Positions 58,054 to 64,000 of a stretch of 64,000 nt of DNA are shown in pieces. Position 1 is the stretch's first letter. Every line of letters begins with the position of its first letter. Made by a program: the position numbers and the translations under genes. The DNA is taken from positions 1,847-65,846 of the forward strand of contig CAAGNU010000113.1 in assembly GCA_900771365.1 (NCBI GenBank), read 5' to 3'. Below the pieces are notes generated by a model. It made no database searches and was not told the DNA's origin. It worked only from the letters and a program-made list of their open reading frames with translations. Source of the stretch: Bacteroidales bacterium (GTDB lineage Bacteria; Bacteroidota; Bacteroidia; Bacteroidales; P3).

Positions 58054-59523
58054 TCACGAATTTCGAATCAAATCGTCAATTCGCTGCTTCTTTTCTTTGT
58101 CCAAAGTACTCGACTCATTACGTAATTTGGTTTTTGCCTCACAATTAGGCCACAAAGCATCAAACTGCCCCCATTTGACCTTCTGGCCCGGACTGCGCTT
58201 CTCCCAAATCTGCTGAGCCATATACTTCGCCTCGGCCCTTGTCACCCCCTCGGCCAAATGATATTCCGCGTCAAGCAGCCCCGCCTTTCTCAAACTCTCC
58301 CACACCCGCATCCTTGCAGGCCTCTCCCTATCCTCAGGAAAAGCATCCTCAAAAGAAGATAGATTATCCATTTCATTAGTTTTGCATGGTAAGTTTTCCC
58401 TATTTTCATTGGGGAGTACATTAACATTATCTGCACGAATAGTGAGACCTATCTGTGGTGGGGGGTATTGCCTTAACTTTACATCCCAATCGGGATTAAT
58501 TACATTAGCGAATAATGGAACTTTATCCCTTAATGCACAATCATCAATTGGCTCAACAAAATATGAATCGGGGGTTTTGGCCCAGTCTGAAGATTTCGCA
58601 ATTGTCTCTATGGGGTTCTTTATTATTTGAACAACATCATCATAGTCATCACAGTTCAATAAATCAGCATCAACAAGATAAATGAAGTATTTGTCGCCCA
58701 TTACACTTGCCTTCGCTATTTCATTATGAGACCAATGAAAATGAGGTTTCCCCTTATACGTCTTAACCTCAATAAAACGATCGAAATTTTTAGAATCGTT
58801 ATTCTCAAATGAAACAATATCGTAACCAGCCCCAACATCTATTACAGATATACGCTTAATTCTCTTATTGAGAGATGGTTTTGTGATTCTTCTTTTCTCA
58901 TATTCAAGAGCCCAAGTCTCTCCGTCATTACCTAACTCCTTCTTCTTTTGCAGTTGAGCGTATAGTTGTTTTTCCGTTAGTTTCTTTATCTGCTCAGGAT
59001 GAGAAATGTATGAATCTAATTTTTGAAGAATGGTATATCGAGAATCCGTTCGTCTCGCAATCACACCAAATTCGATTAGTATATTGCGAAATCCTGAATT
59101 CTTTGGGGATATACATGTGGGAGACAATAGAAATGTATCTGTGACGAAATCAAAAGTGATGGCATCAACGTTGATAATTTCATTGTCCATGATGAACTCG
59201 ATGAGCCTATCCGTGAACCAATCCAAAAAATCATTGTCATTAAGATGATTTTCTAACAAAATCTTCTCACAAGAAATAACGTCATTACTAATGGATACAA
59301 GTTTCAGTAATTCAAACAAAGACAGGATATACTCTATTTCCCTCTTATTCCTGGATAAGTCATTAGAGACTAATGTGCATATCGTCTGAACATCTTTTGT
59401 CCCATTTATCAATAAATTAGCGACATTGGCAACTCCACGTGGGTCACCTATTCTGCATGACTTGCCAAGCAGAACAATCTTGTCAGAAGATTGCTGACTT
59501 TGACTTTCTCTTGACATAATCAA
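58054..59523 (-). CDS. DUF3883 (NO VEIN-C / restriction-endonuclease-fold) domain protein
   Basis: 489 aa. The central block …GETWALEYEKRRI…ISVIDVGAGYDIVSFENNDSKNFDRFIEVKTYKGKPHFHWSHNEIAKASVMGDKYFIYLV has the DUF3883 / PD-(D/E)xK-like signature (E…D…EVK). The start overlaps the SNF2 gene by 41 nt. Confidence 0.65.
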   Translation of the reverse strand: MIMSRESQSQQSSDKIVLLGKSCRIGDPRGVANVANLLINGTKDVQTICTLVSNDLSRNKREIEYILSLFELLKLVSISNDVISCEKILLENHLNDNDFLDWFTDRLIEFIMDNEIINVDAITFDFVTDTFLLSPTCISPKNSGFRNILIEFGVIARRTDSRYTILQKLDSYISHPEQIKKLTEKQLYAQLQKKKELGNDGETWALEYEKRRITKPSLNKRIKRISVIDVGAGYDIVSFENNDSKNFDRFIEVKTYKGKPHFHWSHNEIAKASVMGDKYFIYLVDADLLNCDDYDDVVQIIKNPIETIAKSSDWAKTPDSYFVEPIDDCALRDKVPLFANVINPDWDVKLRQYPPPQIGLTIRADNVNVLPNENRENLPCKTNEMDNLSSFEDAFPEDRERPARMRVWESLRKAGLLDAEYHLAEGVTRAEAKYMAQQIWEKRSPGQKVKWGQFDALWPNCEAKTKLRNESSTLDKEKKQRIDDLIRNS

Positions 59524-61459
59524 TTAGAATTGCTTTTATATCGTTATCATCACCATTCTCAATAAACGCATTATTGAACAAAGGAATGGGGACATTATCG
59601 ATAATATCTAACATCCTTCGCTCTTTATCACGCAAACGAGTGTCAATTGTTTCATCAACAGAATCTTTCGCGAGAATGTAATAATAATTAGTTGTTATAT
59701 CTTGACCCAATCCATATCGATGAATACGGTCTTTTGATTGAATGAAATGAGCACAGTTAAACGAACGCTCTAAATATATTGCATTATGGCAAGCCTTGTG
59801 TAAAGAAATGGATTCAGCAACAGCAAATGGATTTGCTACAATAACTTTATAAGGACAATCTGGCTCATGAAACTCTTTTACTATGGCTTCCCTCGTCTCG
59901 GAGTACTCCTCTGGTGTCATCTTATCTGAGGCCACAGGTGTGCCGCCATATAAAGGCCGACTATCAATCCCCTGTTGCTGGAAATAGTTGACAAGGCGCT
60001 TGATATTCTCTATAAATATAGCCCAAACAATGACTTTTTCCCCTTTGGCGATTATCTCTTTTACAAGGCGGCAGCATTCCTCATATTTTGCAGGAACATT
60101 TTCATCATAAAAATGCATAATATCATTCATGATATTCGCATCTTCTGTTTCTACTGATGACAGATCCGCGCCAAACTGCTCAGAGAACTGTGATAGGGGG
60201 ACTTTCAATAATGCGGGGTTTGTAGCGACTTGCTGCAAACGAATCATCTTTGCTTTGAGCAATTCTGAACGAAATAAACTTGTAGAGTTCTCTCGTCTAA
60301 CTTCTTCAACGAACCTATCTTCGATGTAATCATATATGCGTCTTTGACTATCTTTCATGTCCACCATGATGGGTAGGTTGTCTATGACTGGAGGAAGATG
60401 AAGGTCCTTCTTGCGGATTCTTATAAAATACGGACTCACATTGTTTATCATCTTCTCAATACGACTGTCCCCTAAGGTTCTTGTCATATCTTTCAGTTGG
60501 CCGACATTATACTTTATGACATCATGTTGAGGCCAGATAAACCGAAAAAGATTGTAAATATCCTCGTACCCATTGGGTGCGGGAGTACCCGTTAGAACAA
60601 CACGAGAGCGACAATATTTCGCCAGTTCCATGATAGCAGTTGCCTGCACCCCGCCATTGACATTCTTAATCTTATGGGCTTCATCCAAAATGACCATAAC
60701 GTGGTTGTTGCGCAAAAAGTACGCCAACTCGTCTTTGATGTTCGCTAAGGTCTGATAACTCATCAGATTCAGTTCAGCCGTATCTTCCTGATAAAAATAC
60801 GATTCTCTTTCATTTGGAGCCATGCCAGCTCCAATACGGCGACTTACAGCTTTTCTACCAAAGCATTCTTCGTACTCATTTTCCCATGGCGCAAATGAAC
60901 TGAGAGGTCCCACTATCAGCAATTTATCAACATGTCGTTTATCAGATACATCTCTGCTTTTTAAATAGGTATATGCCCCATATACAATACTTGTCTTGCC
61001 TGCACCTGGAACAGAGAAATTACAAGCATTTTGAGAGAATGCTAAATGATAGGCCGATAGCAACTGTAAAGCATAAAGTCGGCGTTTGGGCATACCTTCA
61101 ATAAGTGTATTTGAGAAGGACTCGAAATCTTTTGCATCACAGTGATCGTTCTTAATGTCTAACGCTTTGACTGAAAATTCTGCAAAGCGTTCTTCTTCAT
61201 CCTTAAATTGGGCAATCTCAGCACTGGCCTTTGCGTCATATTCAACCTCTGCATCTATATATCCAGCTACTACTTTCAGAATACGTGCAATATTCTCAAT
61301 GGTTTTATCGGATTCTATTTCTATTGTGTCACCCTTAACCGTAAAAGGCAATTGATTTCTCATCATCAATTGCGCTCTCTTGTTCTTCAAAAGAGCTTGA
61401 ACACAACCGCCAATAATATACCTGTTTTCATCAGATGATGAAATCGTAAGAGTTTCCAT
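59483..61459 (-). CDS. SNF2/RAD54-family helicase
   Basis: 658 aa. Motif I is FSVPGAGKTSIVYGA, motif II is ILDEAHKIKN (DEAH) and motif III is LTGTPAPNGYEDIYNLFRFI. The helicase-C motifs are HFIQSKDRIHRYGLGQD. Confidence 0.85.
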   Translation of the reverse strand: METLTISSSDENRYIIGGCVQALLKNKRAQLMMRNQLPFTVKGDTIEIESDKTIENIARILKVVAGYIDAEVEYDAKASAEIAQFKDEEERFAEFSVKALDIKNDHCDAKDFESFSNTLIEGMPKRRLYALQLLSAYHLAFSQNACNFSVPGAGKTSIVYGAYTYLKSRDVSDKRHVDKLLIVGPLSSFAPWENEYEECFGRKAVSRRIGAGMAPNERESYFYQEDTAELNLMSYQTLANIKDELAYFLRNNHVMVILDEAHKIKNVNGGVQATAIMELAKYCRSRVVLTGTPAPNGYEDIYNLFRFIWPQHDVIKYNVGQLKDMTRTLGDSRIEKMINNVSPYFIRIRKKDLHLPPVIDNLPIMVDMKDSQRRIYDYIEDRFVEEVRRENSTSLFRSELLKAKMIRLQQVATNPALLKVPLSQFSEQFGADLSSVETEDANIMNDIMHFYDENVPAKYEECCRLVKEIIAKGEKVIVWAIFIENIKRLVNYFQQQGIDSRPLYGGTPVASDKMTPEEYSETREAIVKEFHEPDCPYKVIVANPFAVAESISLHKACHNAIYLERSFNCAHFIQSKDRIHRYGLGQDITTNYYYILAKDSVDETIDTRLRDKERRMLDIIDNVPIPLFNNAFIENGDDNDIKAILIDYVKRKSKSAIF

Positions 61460-61464
61460 CTTGA

Positions 61465-62769
61465 TTATTCGCTAATGTGCGTTTCAATCTTTTTTAATAT
61501 ATTTTTGATGTCATTCAAATAACCCTTTACTTCGGCTAAATTCGGTATCGAAGAAAGAGTGCATATATCAACCTCTTTTAAGGCATTTGCCGCTTTTTTT
61601 ATCAACATACCTGGCTTATCTCTTTCTTTCTTATTTTCCAACACGTTTGAGGCATTGGAGAAAGCTTCTTTCATTTTCTCTTTCACCGCACCACGCCACT
61701 TATTATCGCGAGCATCCAAAAGTCGTTTTGAGTCAGTCTGATTGTGTGACTTTGAAAGCACTTCGTCAATAGTTTCTTCTTCAATACCGTTTGTTGCGTT
61801 CCCCCAGTCTTCAATAAACTGTTTCCATATAGATTCGTTCAAAAGGAAATTATTGCTGGACGTTGATGCTATCGCACGGAAATCAAAATCATCATCGCCC
61901 TTCATGTTCAAACGGATATAGTCAAAACATACACTCTTTAAATCGTTCAGAACGGCCTCTTGGCAACCTTCTTGAATCCATCCGATATCCCCTTTGTATA
62001 TTTTTTTACATGCAGTGTTTAGTTTCAACAAATCATCCTCAACACCTCTCTGTAGTCTTGTGTAAATTCCTTCACAATCACACCACCCCAAATAATCATC
62101 AATCAGCCCCATCACTTCTAACATGATATCAACTTCACTGGGTTTCCCACATCCCATGTATTCTGCTATTTCATGGACGGAAAAACCTCGATCCTTCATA
62201 TCCCTTGCATGAAGATACTTCTCTATAGGATTGTATCCGACCTTCTCATCTGCCCCCATTTGAAATGATGTCTCAAGACGTAAGATTTCTTTTTCGTCAG
62301 CATCTTCTGGCAAAACAACTGCACGAAAATATTCACACCTGGCTTTTTCGTCAGGGGATGATTTATCATCATGAGAAATAGCCCACATCAAAGAAAATCG
62401 ACGGTTACCATCAACCAAGATACCATCACTTGTAATAATTCCTGGCTCTAATTGCCCATTCTTTGCTATATTATCTTTTGTATAATCATTTGCCTTATCA
62501 TGTGCCTCATAGAGAAACTGAGACAATATTTTCGCATCGCCAGGATTTTCTGGATGCAATGGCCCATGTTCTTTTTCATATGACTTAACCAAACTTGCGA
62601 CTCGTCCATTTTCTACATTCAAGACAAGATAATCCATGGGGATATTATAGACCTTAAATTCCTCTGTCTTGCCACGATATAAAAGAAGTTTCCCTGTTCC
62701 TTGCTGTGAAACAAAAGATTCTCCCTTTGTAATCTGAAAAATAGCCTGTTTTCTTTCGTCCTTAGTCAT
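61465..62769 (-). CDS. ParB/Srx-superfamily (ParB-nuclease / DndB- or DUF262-like) protein
   Basis: 434 aa. The N-terminal region …VYNIPMDYLVLNVENGR…QLEPGIITSDGILVDGNRRFSLMWAI matches the ParB N-domain pattern (…pld.l.pnp.n.R…G..l..G.RR..A). The C-terminal 250 aa are of unknown family. Confidence 0.55.
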   Translation of the reverse strand: MTKDERKQAIFQITKGESFVSQQGTGKLLLYRGKTEEFKVYNIPMDYLVLNVENGRVASLVKSYEKEHGPLHPENPGDAKILSQFLYEAHDKANDYTKDNIAKNGQLEPGIITSDGILVDGNRRFSLMWAISHDDKSSPDEKARCEYFRAVVLPEDADEKEILRLETSFQMGADEKVGYNPIEKYLHARDMKDRGFSVHEIAEYMGCGKPSEVDIMLEVMGLIDDYLGWCDCEGIYTRLQRGVEDDLLKLNTACKKIYKGDIGWIQEGCQEAVLNDLKSVCFDYIRLNMKGDDDFDFRAIASTSSNNFLLNESIWKQFIEDWGNATNGIEEETIDEVLSKSHNQTDSKRLLDARDNKWRGAVKEKMKEAFSNASNVLENKKERDKPGMLIKKAANALKEVDICTLSSIPNLAEVKGYLNDIKNILKKIETHISE

Positions 62770-62773
62770 AGCA

Positions 62774-63664
62774 TCATATATTTAAAAAGTCTTTTACTAC
62801 TTGTTCTACTATGTCAACATTTTGCAAATTTGCAAAATAGTGACAATCATTATATATTTTTTTATAGTCAGTAGATCTTGCAACCCAACCTGCACCATCA
62901 AGCATATTGATTAATACAATATCTTCTCGTTCCCGTATGTTTCTATATATACCGCTGATTTTTTTTGCAATTTTTGTTTGCCCCGGGCCCGTAGTCAATA
63001 AATAACTATTCTGGATAACAATGTACTTAGTACCATCCGTAATATAGCACGAGTCTTCATTTATGCCGTTGACACGTCCTTCTTCTACTGAAAAACCCAA
63101 TGGGGCAATTCTGGCTTCTATATCTCTTTTCAGCCTATTTTGGTAGGCTGTGGCGTATGGGGCTGTGTATGAGGTTTCTTGCTTCTTCTTGAAAAGTTTT
63201 GTCAAAGTGTCATTATTGGTAATTCGGTCTATCGTGCTATTATCAATGCAAAAATCATCAAGAATATATTGCGGTATTTGGCGTTTGTATAAATCTGAGT
63301 TCTTACCATTAAAAAACAAATCGCAGAACTCATCCATAAGTGCATTATTTTCGGTAAGTTTTTTTTGGAGTTTTTTCTCATTCCATTCCGTATCGAAAAT
63401 GAAACCTTTTCTTACGCGAATCATGGTGGTGATTCTTTTCATTTTCTCGCCACTAATGCCTAAAACTGTTTCGAGCATCTCTATAGAATCATTGTTGCTT
63501 TTAATGAAAGACTGCAAGCCTTCCAGTGTACCAATGCCCACCATGGCTTGTTGATACCTTAAAACCTCCTTTGCGATTAAATCGTTAAAATCTTTTTCGA
63601 TGGTCTCGTCAATCAAAAACATCGTTGTGCTTTTTATAGCATCTTTTTGACTTATTTTAATCAT
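62774..63664 (-). CDS. hypothetical protein; possible restriction-endonuclease partner of the adjacent C5-methyltransferase
   Basis: About 296 aa from ATG 63664 (the track uses GTG 63670). The start is embedded in the MTase stop (ATGATTAA overlap). No family motif was recognised by eye. Confidence 0.4.
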   Translation of the reverse strand: MIKISQKDAIKSTTMFLIDETIEKDFNDLIAKEVLRYQQAMVGIGTLEGLQSFIKSNNDSIEMLETVLGISGEKMKRITTMIRVRKGFIFDTEWNEKKLQKKLTENNALMDEFCDLFFNGKNSDLYKRQIPQYILDDFCIDNSTIDRITNNDTLTKLFKKKQETSYTAPYATAYQNRLKRDIEARIAPLGFSVEEGRVNGINEDSCYITDGTKYIVIQNSYLLTTGPGQTKIAKKISGIYRNIREREDIVLINMLDGAGWVARSTDYKKIYNDCHYFANLQNVDIVEQVVKDFLNI

Positions 63665-64000
63665 TCGCACCTCCTTTCGGGTAAATACAATCTAACAATC
63701 TGCTGGCAATGGCCTTAATAACAGGAACGCAAACAGAGTTCCCAATCAAGTCATAGCCTTCTTTTATTTTCTTGGGTGACTCAAAATCTTCTAATGAATA
63801 GTCCTCTGGGTAGCCGAAGAACCTTAGTCCCTCACGCAAAGTCAAATGGCGGATTCCGTTTCCGTCAACTACGCCATTTGTACTCATATCCATAGCCACA
63901 AGCGTATTGCATGGAACTTCGGGATTTAGAATCTTGCTTATTTCAAATGATAGTTTTCCTGTGACAATATTGTATCCTTTCGGTTTTGTTTCGTCAGGGA
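63657..64000 (-). CDS. DNA (cytosine-5)-methyltransferase, C-terminal part (gene continues beyond the right edge)
   Basis: The frame is open to 64000. The end …RHLTLREGLRFFGYPEDY…IGNSVCVPVIKAIASRL matches C5-MTase motifs IX-X (RxLTpRExaRLqGFPDd…GNaV.vpv). The track ORF begins at an internal GTG only because the true start lies outside the window. Confidence 0.75.
   Translation of the reverse strand, partial: PDETKPKGYNIVTGKLSFEISKILNPEVPCNTLVAMDMSTNGVVDGNGIRHLTLREGLRFFGYPEDYSLEDFESPKKIKEGYDLIGNSVCVPVIKAIASRLLDCIYPKGGAND

Overview
The window is 64 kb from a high-GC chromosome (about 55% GC in core genes). Bacteroidota-style promoter boxes (TAnnTTTG), T9SS cargo proteins and S9 peptidases suggest a Prevotellaceae-like host. 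Most of the window is core genome. Housekeeping genes include pckA, ppdK, nrnA, FKBP-type isomerases, adk, obg, a PAP2 phosphatase, cvpA, dus, pyrB, pyrI, a nucleoside phosphorylase and typA. There are two tRNAs, tRNA-Glu(CTC) and tRNA-Ser(CGA), several outer-membrane or OmpA proteins and two S9 peptidases. A partial SWIM zinc-finger/SNF2 helicase gene sits at the left edge. Surface and accessory content includes a T9SS C-terminal-sorting protein, a 2555-aa giant T9SS cargo protein with tandemly duplicated modules, and a secreted Ser/Asn-rich protein with a 42-bp in-frame tandem repeat. There is an ECF sigma factor upstream of an outer-membrane beta-barrel protein gene. A MerR-regulated cluster encodes two alpha/beta hydrolases, a GNAT acetyltransferase, a chloramphenicol-acetyltransferase-family enzyme and a YjbR-like protein. 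The most interesting segment is 54.3-64.0 kb, all on the minus strand and downstream of typA. It holds a VirE/DUF3987 primase-helicase-like module with host-like GC, then its own terminator, then a tightly overlapping five-gene operon of low GC (about 37%). That operon encodes a C5 cytosine methyltransferase (partial at the window edge), a small unknown partner, a ParB/Srx-fold protein, an SNF2 helicase and a DUF3883 nuclease-fold protein. I read this as a candidate, possibly undescribed, multi-gene restriction or anti-phage defence system carried on a mobile-element remnant. No CRISPR array, rRNA or integrase gene is visible. Several intergenic repeat or hairpin families and two gene deserts are also noted.
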